From: a virus
Virus record (IMG/VR): IMGVR_UViG_3300030098_005409
Reading direction: 5' to 3' (one strand)
DNA length: 64,000 bases
The stretch's first letter is position 1. Each line of letters opens with the position of its first letter. Of this stretch, positions 9,801 through 19,100 are shown piece by piece. A model generated the notes under the pieces. It saw only the letters and a program-made list of their open reading frames with translations, was not told the DNA's origin and did no database searches. A program made the position numbers and the translations under genes.

Positions 9801-12339
9801 GGAGGATGGCGCCCGTAACATTTGTACGGTGAGAGCCTAGGAAAACTCTTCTTGAGCCGCTAATAAAAGAATCCGGGGGAGCACTAATAGTATCTGAAAC
9901 AGAAAACGTATTTATAACCTCCCCTGATCTTACCTCGACCCCGTGAAGGACTACTGTATAGTTTCCGGTGTCGGCTCCTCCAACAAAATCAGTCAAAGGG
10001 TGATTTTCGGGTTTTATTCTAACAGACAAATTCCAAGTAGAATCCGTGTAAAGGCTTTCGTATAAGGATGATGTTAATTCCGGGACATAACCGCCGGCGG
10101 TCCCAGTAAGCATAAAGTAGGCATTATCAGAATCTAGCTCGTCGCGAACCGAGAATACTTGAAAGTTAACCGCATCCGGGGTCATCCATGTTGTATCTGC
10201 CTCGTTGGAGGTTGCGCCGTGCACGCCAAAAATAGAGGAACTAATAGCATTTGTAAAGAAATAACCTCCGTCCTCAGATGCTAAAGGCTTTGTTGGGAAT
10301 GTAACATCTGCTTCTAGCGTAACCGCGTAACCGCCAGTTAACTCAGTTGCAGCTGCTATAACACCGGTTGAGCCCGGGGTAAGAGATGACGAAAATGAAT
10401 ATACAACAGCGTTTTTATTAGTATCATTATTAAAATTAACTAACTTGTCATTAACAAGAATATTTCTTCTATTTTCCCGGAACTCGTACTCAGTACCCTG
10501 AGCGTACATATTAAGCTTAATTAACTCGTCGTCAATTCCGAATGAGCGAATAAGGTTTCTAAAAGATTTTTCAGTTCCTTTAGATTTGTAAATGTAAGTT
10601 AAGTTGTTGTAGATATTCTGATAGATAATATTTTTAATATCATTTAAAGATTTATCATAAATCCTATCTTCACTTCTGTCGGCTAACTTCTCTAGCACAT
10701 CAGCATCAAGAAAGATCTCTGGGGATACAAAGCCATGTGAGTTTAGTTTCTTATAAGAATGGGGAAACGGTTTGTCACTCCCACTTATATATTCAACATT
10801 TTTTAAATTATTCAACTCCGAAGTTTGAATATGGAGAGTGTCAAAATAACTAGAAATAATTTGAGTCAAGTATTTTGTTTGCTTTTGACCCTCTGAGTCT
10901 TCTTCCGTAATCCACGCGGGAATTGAGTTATAGATAGAGGCGTTGTTGCCTACATCGTAAGCGGAGCCAGATTCTGCTAAATTTGTCTTAAGCGCGATGA
11001 CATCTGGATGATTTGATCTAATGATTGGGTCTAAAAATTCCTTTGTTGCTGCATTTGATAGAACTATGGCCGAGCCGGTGTTTCTGGAATTGGAGCCGTA
11101 GCCGGTCCAGGTGCCGTTTGTGACACGCCCAGCGTAATCAAGAACTACACTATCAGTTGCAGCTATCCCAGTGATACCCTCATTAAACTTATAGTAAACA
11201 CCTAATTTAGTATTAACATCTTCCTGGGTATCCGTTAACGGTTTTGGATCCGAGTTGGTTCCACCGCCAATCTGACTTATAAAATACCTTCCTACATCTT
11301 TAGCGCTTCTCTTGGTTTTCCAATACCTAAATTCGTCTAAGGAACCCGACAACTTACCAGAACCAGCAGGTACCGCTGTTCCCGAAGGCGCTGTTTGGAT
11401 GGCGCCGATGTAAGCTCGTAAAGCACCGGTGACTTCACCTATAATCTTAGTGCCAAGAAGTGCGGTGCGGTTAATCGTCCCATCAACATAGAATTTAGTT
11501 TTTATAGCACTGCTACGGTGATTCTGCAGCGAAATAGCATAATGGTGCCAATTTCCATCTGCCAAAGATGCAGTTGTAAAGGAAGTCGCGGAGATTGATT
11601 GTTGGTAAACACCAGTAGTACCAGACTGGGCTGTAACAAGAACCGGCGTGGTTCCGTCCGTTGAAGCAGACAGTTCGATTGTTAGGCGTCCATAAGATGT
11701 TGATCCAGAAGCTTCTCCGTTCCAAAGATCAAAAATCACTTCTTTTTCAGTTAAGTTAGAATAGAATTGACTTTTATTTAGCCAGAACTCAACTGTTACG
11801 CCATCTGCCAGATTATACTTAAGATTGCTTTCTCTATTTGTGCTAGTGTCGTAGTAGTTGGATCCAGTAAATTGCGATGAATATGGCGTCATGCCATTTG
11901 GATTTGGGTGAGGACCACCTTCAAGATAAATGTATTCTAAAGAAGATGGTAAGCCATAGCCAGAGGTCTTTGTTGTCGACCCCCATCCATCTGCAGATAT
12001 AATAGCATACCCATTCGTTCTGGGATAGAGGTTATCAAGGATATGCAGGTCAATAAAAGTTGATTCGTTCTCCCACTTTAGTCTTTCCCTCAAAGATCCA
12101 TCGTAGGGGTAAGTTTCATAAATTCTCTCAATTGACTGAACGTAATATTCTTCTGCCGAACCATACCGAGCAAAGTTAGCTGGATCTGAAAAATCTACAT
12201 TCGGAATGTATCGTTTTTCATGAATGATATCTTCTTTGTGATATCCAACTGACTCAACCTCTCCACCAATATCCTTTGCGGATTTGTTTGAGAGAGAGTT
12301 TATTTTTGTTGCTTTATCAAATAAGGTTTTGAAACTCAT
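3856..12339 (-). CDS. giant baseplate/tail protein with LamG/concanavalin-A-like domains
   Basis: 2827 aa; LamG-like segments (VTVEFWLNK...GNWHHYAISL...SGSLDEFRYW, plus a second around WNLSVRIK...INSCRFW); adjacent to gp6/gp25 homologues. Confidence 0.7.
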   Translation of the reverse strand: MSFKTLFDKATKINSLSNKSAKDIGGEVESVGYHKEDIIHEKRYIPNVDFSDPANFARYGSAEEYYVQSIERIYETYPYDGSLRERLKWENESTFIDLHILDNLYPRTNGYAIISADGWGSTTKTSGYGLPSSLEYIYLEGGPHPNPNGMTPYSSQFTGSNYYDTSTNRESNLKYNLADGVTVEFWLNKSQFYSNLTEKEVIFDLWNGEASGSTSYGRLTIELSASTDGTTPVLVTAQSGTTGVYQQSISATSFTTASLADGNWHHYAISLQNHRSSAIKTKFYVDGTINRTALLGTKIIGEVTGALRAYIGAIQTAPSGTAVPAGSGKLSGSLDEFRYWKTKRSAKDVGRYFISQIGGGTNSDPKPLTDTQEDVNTKLGVYYKFNEGITGIAATDSVVLDYAGRVTNGTWTGYGSNSRNTGSAIVLSNAATKEFLDPIIRSNHPDVIALKTNLAESGSAYDVGNNASIYNSIPAWITEEDSEGQKQTKYLTQIISSYFDTLHIQTSELNNLKNVEYISGSDKPFPHSYKKLNSHGFVSPEIFLDADVLEKLADRSEDRIYDKSLNDIKNIIYQNIYNNLTYIYKSKGTEKSFRNLIRSFGIDDELIKLNMYAQGTEYEFRENRRNILVNDKLVNFNNDTNKNAVVYSFSSSLTPGSTGVIAAATELTGGYAVTLEADVTFPTKPLASEDGGYFFTNAISSSIFGVHGATSNEADTTWMTPDAVNFQVFSVRDELDSDNAYFMLTGTAGGYVPELTSSLYESLYTDSTWNLSVRIKPENHPLTDFVGGADTGNYTVVLHGVEVRSGEVINTFSVSDTISAPPDSFISGSRRVFLGSHRTNVTGAILQTSDVRINSCRFWLDYVEDKALEEHALDTENHGALNPSQYAFPWDTDASYGEVSKLDTLAFNWEFSQNTGSNASGEFTVQDESSGSAALAASRFGWIGDVINKQVTAKGFGFEASSTSAIKKDFVVIARPNELETIAPAETVQVLSAQDQKEFKIDSRPINYFFAFEKSMSKIISEEMINTFGTLRDFNNLIGNPVNRYRDEYKTLKFVRQKFFEKVGNDEIDFDRFYEFYKWFDSSLSFMLGQLVPASADFADNVRTVVESHALERSKYRNVFPFIDSENNVFSSSLESNVDYGDAISSPDDDPQGTGFYPAHAPRRRTVGLSTRDLVQKWKYVHAPEDGDQKKKYLWWKNKAERDNPAIAESTAVENSRGAILSVIDQVAVRENLRPYRFSVGGSKVLGGVGQHQNKDVNFTFQATQPYGPVSASSNIPINIMLSFDTDVESLLDTSDEFYPNYKQRLGFGLNPDINRGNNDKLKMNGNKLAPFSLYETTEQTTFNATISSSYKPGVTITNLHHDFVFDTDIPAQSPFTEKFVGGRYYRHTELNAGSDTRESRAEGFRLALGLDTSSAEIPTGAVGALGIIPPNYPFPDSPAGAAPHGWLPDLATAERFRDETAKRPVNIKNILMTTAAVGTKLSGTLVHNPIGNYQKNYQVIQTSGRSINDLFFQDQSFSFAANPETLATRGRFPLTETSTENVGGDLEYQLPNRTGANSNKTIFVNLFSSPGSYEVMSRGYRDPAHEELSVYNALPYRNLGIINRGLSGSNTDNSLTGSIRANDQLDKPRGLNQLATLHAGAFGHDPVFGTVPSLTYVTTPSWHKTNRNTKTVVEEGGTNSSVFDNLFVQHAIPQSTQQYSWVTASLASGARIFGLQAPTYYSASTLGELIVSGTDYSDLTFVGLTTRVLDPLTASSHILGFPLAVNASASYNNDDYWVTPPLDTAADYFNFVNTSRNGPYGYPTWKQIRTGETKVARTLRETNQIGLVIPPPQVPVILTDGTKYQFVRGLKSNGFVDYTEQPVSSRYAPTSVMLEDNTENSDPLNNVSLMVTYGNELDFFSNESLNNRLNIPAPDLTNNSLNRVFQFVTSSQLSTIIDYKERAYPSEINTYKNIVRRRTKYTIANIWNDTRSERTPSVFVSVFTSTPHVNSQGAEIFGESIWPLDGHLDFTTTYSQQAGVSPSALLSTSGSGELLNVYSRFYGRFSGASKFIQASPVYASRVPAGSSSAAASSPYVYAGDAEWLAAQQSGKKPYEEYSSYSERIAVIGKDHSIVPEFRISELIETYIDTKSGDFLADVDNIFNLTGASIYDSSNSDFFKTYTNSDFIKYFSVVDDSLHDKRSEDLKIKRDKLSLSCNAMIKFLPYKGFYPAERTLELATILSKSYGDHIEVDTAGSAATRREAVYRTFLEPLVAPGILFNTIKSGLAVSNYVLTNTGSNDSDIKANESIPTASCVQTHLPEGTVQYDKLLNVISNDPTNSKNSGYQIQKLPFETVQRPLAFLEKGFISGSGAVYDTGIGNQDQLYNRHALSPPISGSDFFKINAGQKFYELAIDNFLCETTNFFMDGLTSFRSKREDQFHTVTSGSVYRMRADLFRTLDSNLNVDRSAFDLYARESAFGYPIGQGLDVGTYAAQSASFNHVVPPYYHGAASVDFVFEAPRTGLPTLDEILSNAKITYTTTYPWDVEDKVSVNIGDSFNVAQFFTEVPEGTNEQKKVWLLQSKFETPVLNFANVTVASQPASFVDSGLSSSAQIKTNGMWHQYGRLPTQENEGIFLRIKEGAPAGQFSLAEVVGFETGVPKRIGNPKTAGLLEEAVIAIPFKTVANRREFFPINKDNQQYSDTVRLLQKYVFPPKFDFVINQTVTPILMYGFEFSATLTQKDITDMWQNLPPDIGDKFEQKEVVIDDKQVLELLASDSDEIRWMVFKVKKRAQKSYDKYRRSLVTEDTSAFPETVGDYSYNWPYDYFSLVELVKIDETVRYISEDIE

Positions 12340-12343
12340 ACTT

Positions 12344-12351
12344 TAATTATT
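12344..12351 (-). promoter_or_regulatory. putative phage late-promoter motif variant AATAATTA
   Basis: 4 nt upstream of ATG 12339, no SD; overlaps the upstream stop. Confidence 0.3.
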
Positions 12352-13876
12352 ATTCAACTCTAAATTTAAACGTTTGAGGTTGCTCTTGCCAGCTACCAAT
12401 ACTATCATTGTAATAAGACAATCTTATTTCGTACATATAATCTGCCTCTAGCAAGGACATATCTAAATCGAAAAAATTACCCTCTTTGTCGTAAGATAGG
12501 TAAGTGCTCTGATTTGAACCTGTCCCATACGGAATGGCTGCTAAATTATCTGTGACGCGGTGAATAGAGAAAGAAGCGCTCTCAATAATATCGGTTGGGT
12601 TATTGGCAGTTGCTATTGTGTAAAGTGTTGGAGACCAATCTCTATCGCGGACGAAGAACCTAAACCTTGCCGTGTCTTGTGCAGAGTATGTTTTTTTAAG
12701 ATTTTTACAAGATGTAATTCTATTAAATGTTGGCGCGCTATCGTATGATGGCATTAACTCTGGAAAGAAGGACCCAGTAAAATATTCTACGCTGCCCGAG
12801 TGCCATACATCGTGTATCTCTTGTAAGGGCGTAGCGGCCGCTGTAAGGGCTATGTCGCAAGAATAGATGCCCACACTCGTGTGACTGCCCGTAGCGTTAA
12901 CGTCGCCCGTAGAGGAGACGCTACCGCCCCCTTGAAGAGAGAGCTTAGCGCCGACGGGAGATCCATTTGAACTTGAGTAAAATGAAACAAGTATATTATT
13001 TGTTCCAACTGATGGAATGTTGTTTAGACCGCGTCGACCGTAGTTATAAAGCTGCAGCGTGTTTAGGTTATCCGTTGCGGTAGCCCGGGATGAAGAGAAA
13101 TAAAAGTTTTCTCTGTCGTCCATTGTGCGCGAATCGTATCGTGCCTCTATGACCGGACGTTTGAAGAAATACTCAGTAGATCTCGCGAAAAACTTCTTGG
13201 TGTAATATGACTGTGTAGCACCATCGACGTTTTGAATCACAGAGCCCGAATTAGTTCCCAGAGAAGATGAAAAATACGCCTCCTGAGACGCAGTTAAGCG
13301 TATCCCAAAACCATAGTTGTTGGCAAAAGCCGGATCCGCACCAGAAATCCATCTTTCTACCACGTCACTAACATCTAATTCTAAGTTTTCATAGCCCTGT
13401 GGGAAACTAACATTATAGTTTGAGGCAGTTCTATAATCACCGCCAACACTTGTCCAAGAGGTGCTGGCGTTCGCTTTAACCCAATTGGACACACCCAAGT
13501 CCTGATAATTATCCATATCCAGCCCCGTCCCCTCTGTCCAAGAGCGTGAGACGGGCGCGACAATTAAATTAAAATCTTGCGGAAGTGTAAATGGATGCTC
13601 TGCATTAAACATCTTAAGATAGAACGATACCGATCCGGATGCCGGAATTATACCAGCTGTCCTGTCAGCTGAGATGGAAGAAATTGGAAACTGAATTAAA
13701 ACTCTTGATAGTTCCTGTGATTGGCCACTGGAGCCCGATTCTTGTCCATAAATTGAAAATACCTCAAGTGAATCCGCATACCCCATATTGGAGCCGGTAC
13801 CTCTTGTGGCGAGACTAGCCTCGTAAGCGTTTGTGATTGTATTATCAGCGCTAGCCGTGTATCTTAAGATAGCCAT
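12350..13876 (-). CDS. virion structural protein, DNRLRE/CBM96-like N-terminal domain plus Ig-like C-terminus
   Basis: 508 aa; ADNTIT...NMG..DSLEV...SRVLIQF pattern; lies between gp6-like and the giant baseplate gene. Confidence 0.55.
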   Translation of the reverse strand: MAILRYTASADNTITNAYEASLATRGTGSNMGYADSLEVFSIYGQESGSSGQSQELSRVLIQFPISSISADRTAGIIPASGSVSFYLKMFNAEHPFTLPQDFNLIVAPVSRSWTEGTGLDMDNYQDLGVSNWVKANASTSWTSVGGDYRTASNYNVSFPQGYENLELDVSDVVERWISGADPAFANNYGFGIRLTASQEAYFSSSLGTNSGSVIQNVDGATQSYYTKKFFARSTEYFFKRPVIEARYDSRTMDDRENFYFSSSRATATDNLNTLQLYNYGRRGLNNIPSVGTNNILVSFYSSSNGSPVGAKLSLQGGGSVSSTGDVNATGSHTSVGIYSCDIALTAAATPLQEIHDVWHSGSVEYFTGSFFPELMPSYDSAPTFNRITSCKNLKKTYSAQDTARFRFFVRDRDWSPTLYTIATANNPTDIIESASFSIHRVTDNLAAIPYGTGSNQSTYLSYDKEGNFFDLDMSLLEADYMYEIRLSYYNDSIGSWQEQPQTFKFRVE

Positions 13877-15669
13877 TATCTAATAGACCCCTTAATATCT
13901 ACATTTGGATACTTTAATTCAAAAATCACATTTGGCTGTGCTTCAATCATTCTACCATCTGACGACAAAGCCGCATCAAAATCATAGTTGGATTCTGAAT
14001 ATATCCCGCCTGACTTCAAGCCAACATCAACAGATGTAACGTCGACGACACCATTGACTTTTTGTAACTCTCTGTAAACATCTGTAATTCTTATCGGCTC
14101 TCCGATATCCTGCTTCATAGCAAACTTATTGGCCAGTTTTTGGTTACAATTGCTAATAACATCAAATCGATTCGCATTAATATCAGTTAGTATTTCATAA
14201 CTAATGTCAAAATTAACAATCTCAGCATCTAGAATGTCAACCGTATCAGATATCATTTTATATTGGGTAATCCAATTTTTTAAATTATTTTTAAGTGTTG
14301 TGTTGGCAGCGACCAACTTTCCAGCGCTGTTCTCCGACATTACATAAATGTTAACATTTCTCTTAAACTCATCTGGGTCTTTTAGGACGGCGACTCTCTT
14401 TATCATTCCAAATTTTGCTGGCATGCCATAGCAAATTGCTTGATAATCCTGTGCCGTGACAGCCCTATTCTGTGTTGCAAAATAACTAAATGCTCTTTGT
14501 CGAATCTCTTCGGATGAGGGCAGCGATACACTTCCAACAAACTGCTCTTCATTTGTTGCTTCCAAAGAGTTAATGACTGAATTTCTGTTGCCCAAAGATA
14601 ATGCTCCTTGGTTACCAAACTTAAAGTTAGCCGATGCTACACCTGTGATAGTATCAACGGCAGCATTAACATCTGATGTTGTGTTGAAACGATACTGAAT
14701 ATTTAATGTTGTATTCGATGGTCCAATGCCAAACTTATCTGTATCAATAAGCTTGGTAGGATCAAAGTCAGCATCAGTAGTGTAAGTTCTGCCGTTTAAA
14801 TCTAGCACAACCTCTGTTGGATCGACAACCGGATTAGTAAGTTCATTACTGTCAGATCCATACCCAAATTGTATAAATGTCTGGTTGTCAACTGTCTCGA
14901 CAACAAACCTTCTGGCCACTGGCGTAGCTTTCAGCAAATTAGGTACCGTCGTGCGTGTTGTCGTTGTGTTTCTTATTGCTTTATAGATAATGTTCTGCGA
15001 GAGGTGATCCACCTCAAAGTACTCATTGCCTTCAGAATCTGTCACGCTAATGATGTTGGATACATTTGTTACCCCTAAAGGAACTTTTCTAAATCTCTCA
15101 AAGCTTCCGATCGTAAAACTTTCAGTTCCGGACCTACCCGAAACAGCGGTTCCCATCGCTCTAATTACATATGTGAGGGGCGCACCAGTTGTAGAATCGG
15201 CAGAACCAACAACCACCTGATTGCCTTCTTTATCGAAGTCTACATCTTCTAAAAGGGAGTAAAACCCCCCGCCAGTCGACGTAAATGTGGAACCAGCCTG
15301 CAGGACGGGGATAAGTGCTGAATCCGGTCCTAAGCCAGTGCTGTCCGCAGGAACTTCAATAAAAAATGTCATTTTCCCATATGATGATGGGCTTGTCTGA
15401 AGTTTATATCCAAGCTGTCTGGCTAATTTTACAACATTCCTGTATTCAACGGCGCTGTCCAGGAATGTCTCGTTCATTTGATAATCAAGATAGAACGATA
15501 AAATATCCCCGACGTAAGACACGGTGTCAAGCATCAGAGATCCAAATGATGCTCTATTGAAGTCCTTGTAGGTGTTTGGATAGTATCTTTTGGCGAATTC
15601 TTCTAGATCTCGCCGGATCGATTCAAAATCTCTACTCGTATAATTGATTGCAACGTTCTTTTTGGACAT
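13876..15669 (-). CDS. baseplate wedge subunit (T4 gp6 / baseplate J-like)
   Basis: INYTSRDFESIRRDL...YKDF...LMLDTVSYVGDILSFYLD...ETFLDSA...ARQLGY; C-terminal RAVTAQDY motif. Confidence 0.9.
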   Translation of the reverse strand: MSKKNVAINYTSRDFESIRRDLEEFAKRYYPNTYKDFNRASFGSLMLDTVSYVGDILSFYLDYQMNETFLDSAVEYRNVVKLARQLGYKLQTSPSSYGKMTFFIEVPADSTGLGPDSALIPVLQAGSTFTSTGGGFYSLLEDVDFDKEGNQVVVGSADSTTGAPLTYVIRAMGTAVSGRSGTESFTIGSFERFRKVPLGVTNVSNIISVTDSEGNEYFEVDHLSQNIIYKAIRNTTTTRTTVPNLLKATPVARRFVVETVDNQTFIQFGYGSDSNELTNPVVDPTEVVLDLNGRTYTTDADFDPTKLIDTDKFGIGPSNTTLNIQYRFNTTSDVNAAVDTITGVASANFKFGNQGALSLGNRNSVINSLEATNEEQFVGSVSLPSSEEIRQRAFSYFATQNRAVTAQDYQAICYGMPAKFGMIKRVAVLKDPDEFKRNVNIYVMSENSAGKLVAANTTLKNNLKNWITQYKMISDTVDILDAEIVNFDISYEILTDINANRFDVISNCNQKLANKFAMKQDIGEPIRITDVYRELQKVNGVVDVTSVDVGLKSGGIYSESNYDFDAALSSDGRMIEAQPNVIFELKYPNVDIKGSIR

Positions 15670-15687
15670 CTACTTCTACACCTTTTA

Positions 15688-15695
15688 TAATTAGT
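15688..15695 (-). promoter_or_regulatory. putative late-promoter motif ACTAATTA
   Basis: recurring motif, upstream of gp6-like gene. Confidence 0.4.
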
Positions 15696-16092
15696 TAATA
15701 TTGTTATTAACCTCTACATTTAGAATCGCATTGGTTTGAAGTGGCAATATAGTGAACAATATAGAGACTGATAAGTTGTTAGGAAAAAGATCGGGGTTGC
15801 CTTCTGGGACTGTGAAGTCTATTCTATCAATCCCGATGTAGGGCAAGTATCTTTCAACTTGTTGTCTAATATTGCTATCAATCTCAGAATATGTCGACGC
15901 AGTGTTCTGCTCAAACAAATATTTTTTCAAGCCAACCCCAAAGTCGGTATCCATCATTCTCTCGCCAGGGTTTGTCAAGATAAGCATTTTTAAGTTTTGC
16001 TTTGCGAGAGAACTAAAGTCTGTGATTAATCCATACGGACCAAAAACGTTATCAAAAACTAGCGGTAGTTTTGGCGCCAAACCAGAAGCCAT
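15691..16092 (-). CDS. baseplate wedge gp25-like (GPW/gp25) protein
   Basis: QNLKMLILTNPGERMMDTDFGVGLKKYLFE is the gp25 family signature. Confidence 0.9.
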   Translation of the reverse strand: MASGLAPKLPLVFDNVFGPYGLITDFSSLAKQNLKMLILTNPGERMMDTDFGVGLKKYLFEQNTASTYSEIDSNIRQQVERYLPYIGIDRIDFTVPEGNPDLFPNNLSVSILFTILPLQTNAILNVEVNNNIN

Positions 16093-16108
16093 GTGCGATC
16101 CTCCTTCT

Positions 16109-16116
16109 TAAATAGT
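16109..16116 (-). promoter_or_regulatory. putative late-promoter motif ACTATTTA
   Basis: intergenic, followed by SD GGAGG and ATG 16092. Confidence 0.45.
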
Positions 16117-16129
16117 TGATTTATTTATT

Positions 16130-19100
16130 TTAGCACTCCTCGGAAGGTGGCGGTTCTGTTGCATCAACATTGTCATCCGAAAGGCCCTCATCAATCTTTA
16201 TCTTAAGCAGTTCAATTAATAGATACAGAATGCCCAGGGGAGACGGAGGCGCCATGAACATTCCTGCAATTGATCCCTTGAAATCAACTCCGTCTAGGCT
16301 AATTCTTGGACCAAATAAGGGTGCGCCGTCTCCCACGTCGGTTCCAGCAGCCGGGTGTCCGGGGGGGTAAGTCACAGACACAGTGTCTGTGAGAGTTTTA
16401 TTACCAATACTGTATAGGCAGAACAATAAAGATAAGACATCCTCTCCGTTAATATTTGCGGTCCTTATTGGAGAACTGGCTGGTAGGGCACTAATAGATG
16501 TTGTAATCGCCTGAGAAACCTTCAAAAAGGCATCCGCTGTTACGTCCTTAATTATCTTTGAGATTGCAATGTGTGGGTCGATAAGCTCAACTAAGCCCTT
16601 GAGAATTTGAATTGGAGTTTCCTTCAAAAACTTCAGGAATATCTCCCTTGCCATGGAATCCATATCCTGTTGTCCATTGTTAGCCAAAGTATTAGAATAT
16701 TCGTCATTCAATCCATCAGGCAGTGGTGGACGGGTGGAAGCATCCGTCATATTCATAAAGTTTATGATAGCGCGCTTCGTTCCTCTAAAAGAATCAATTA
16801 TGTCTGAGAAGAACAATTCTGTTAAGTAGAAGTTGTATAAAAGTGGACCCATGAAGATGGCATCCTGATTGAATACCTGTTGTTTGAAGATTTGATATTC
16901 TGGGCTACTCTTGATAACTCCTAATATATTCGCGGACATTCCCGTATTGATCTCGAATAACGTTGCCGTCTCGGGCGCCGAGAGGTCACCGTTCGCGAAC
17001 ACGCGGCGGCGCACATAGTTAAGCCTAACTAATCCAGCTGGGGTGTCGGGGGCAGAAAGAACATTCTGAAAATATATTGCAACATTAAAATCAGTATATG
17101 ACGAAGACAACCGCCGAGCCATAATAACTCTATCAGTGGTTTGGTACTCCTCTAGATTATAGACACCTATTACGTCTTCTAAGAAGACATCATCAAATGT
17201 TTTGTTTTTGCCCTGTGGGTCTATAATATTATTTATGGTACCAAGCGTAGATCTTTGTCCGGAATCCCAAGTGTAATATAATCTTTCCTCCACCAAGAAA
17301 CGGATAAGCGGCTCATAAACGTTTAAAGGAAAATTGGCCCTACCTTCAGCTTCATTCAACTCAAAACCTACTGGTATGTCATATGGAGGGTATGTGTGAG
17401 CAATACCCCCGTTGTTAATTGTTGACTGTCTAATTGACACTCTATCAAAATAATTGTATATTTCCCTCTCAAGAACAGAATTGCCATCAAGTCGCTCGGA
17501 CTCAATGGATTGGATGATTTCGCTAACCATAAACTCTTTTACAAAAGACAATTGCAATACAGAATTCATTTCAAAAGCCGAAAAAACAACAATGTTTTTA
17601 ATTATAAATTCATCTATCGCAGCCTGTATTAGCATTAGTATCAAACCGTAATATAAGGTATTTCTTGTTTTATCCTTTGTTGATCCCTGGTCGTAGCATG
17701 CAGCCGCTGCGAATTCTTTTTTCATTTGATCAAGAATGCCTTCAGCATCAAACAGATCACCAATATTTTCTGGGGGGCAGTTCGCGTTGTTCTTGAAAAA
17801 CTTAAGATTGTTTATCTTATCGGCGCTAAATGCTCCATTTTCTAAGATATAGTCAAATAAGTTGGCGAATAGAGTACCATAAGCCGGTATGAATTGTTCT
17901 TGGACGGTCGCTACTATACCTTCATTATCCAACGCCAAAAACGATCCGGCGCCGAGTTGCTGCTCAAAAGGATCTACAAATCTAAACACATACGGATTAA
18001 ATTCTTTCACAGCGTAAGCTGTGTTTGCTGGCAATGGAGGCGATTCGCCCGGGACGAGGTTCTCTATTTCTCCAACCAAAAGATCGTCAACTGAGTCTAA
18101 ATTGTAATTCAAACTTAAGTAGGTGCTCGCATTTGACTGATATTTCGGGTAGTTTATATATAGGCTCTGATTTGCGGCCGTCTGAGATGCGTAAGACCCA
18201 GAGAAATTACCCGAGTCTGGACTCTGTATGTTATACAGCAACCGGATTGAAATAGTTTCAAACGGTATCGGGCCGGTGTTATCATTAGATTCGTTGTAAA
18301 ATGAAAATATGGAACCACTCTCAATAAGCGCTGGAACTTGAAGGTTAGTGTTTAAAATTCCATACGGCTGAATTGCATTTTGGAATCTGCTCTTGAACGC
18401 CTCCGGGAAAATATACTGCGTGTGCAGCATGCCCTCACCCGCGGTCTGATCCTGAATTGATGTCACCTTTTCGTTAACTTCTTCAATAACTCCCGGGACT
18501 TCGCTCAAAGCCGAATCGATAGTACCAACCACCGTGCTAACATTGTTGATAATATTTTGAATCTTAGCATTGTCAATGTCTTGGCAGACTCCTGTCGACG
18601 CTGCCGATTCAATCGCACCAGCAGCGTCTCCAAAGAAGTCAAACATTTCTGTGATAAAGTTTAGAACTGCCGGGTCCATCTCAGCAGTTGGAGGCTCCAA
18701 GTCAGGAAACAAAGCAAGTGCTCCGGAAAGGTCTGGGTTTGGCACATTAGAAACTGTGGGTTCCAACAAAGATGTGCGCGCCGCTTCCAGTGAACCGGCC
18801 ATGTATGTTTTAGTGGTCCCCAGAATATTATTAAACAGGTTAGGCAAAATTGTGGTGGCTATTGGGTTTTCTAGATAATTTGGAGAATCCGGGCACAAAA
18901 ACTCAATCGGGGGTGGGAGGATCTCAATGCCATCTTCGGCAATCCTTATTAATTCGTCTAGTGCCGGTGTTGAATCGTAGAAATCTTCGTCCAGGCATAT
19001 ATTACAGTTTTCCACGACCTGTAAAATATTATTATTGATGATGTCGTTGCAGAATGTTACTGTGTCGACATACTGAGAAATTCTCGCAAAATAACTATTG

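Noticed and set aside
2876-16160. Shared acidic-Cys C-termini (EEPC* in the 327-aa protein, SEEC* in the 1625-aa protein)
   Set aside because: Only two instances; this cannot be distinguished from chance without homologues.
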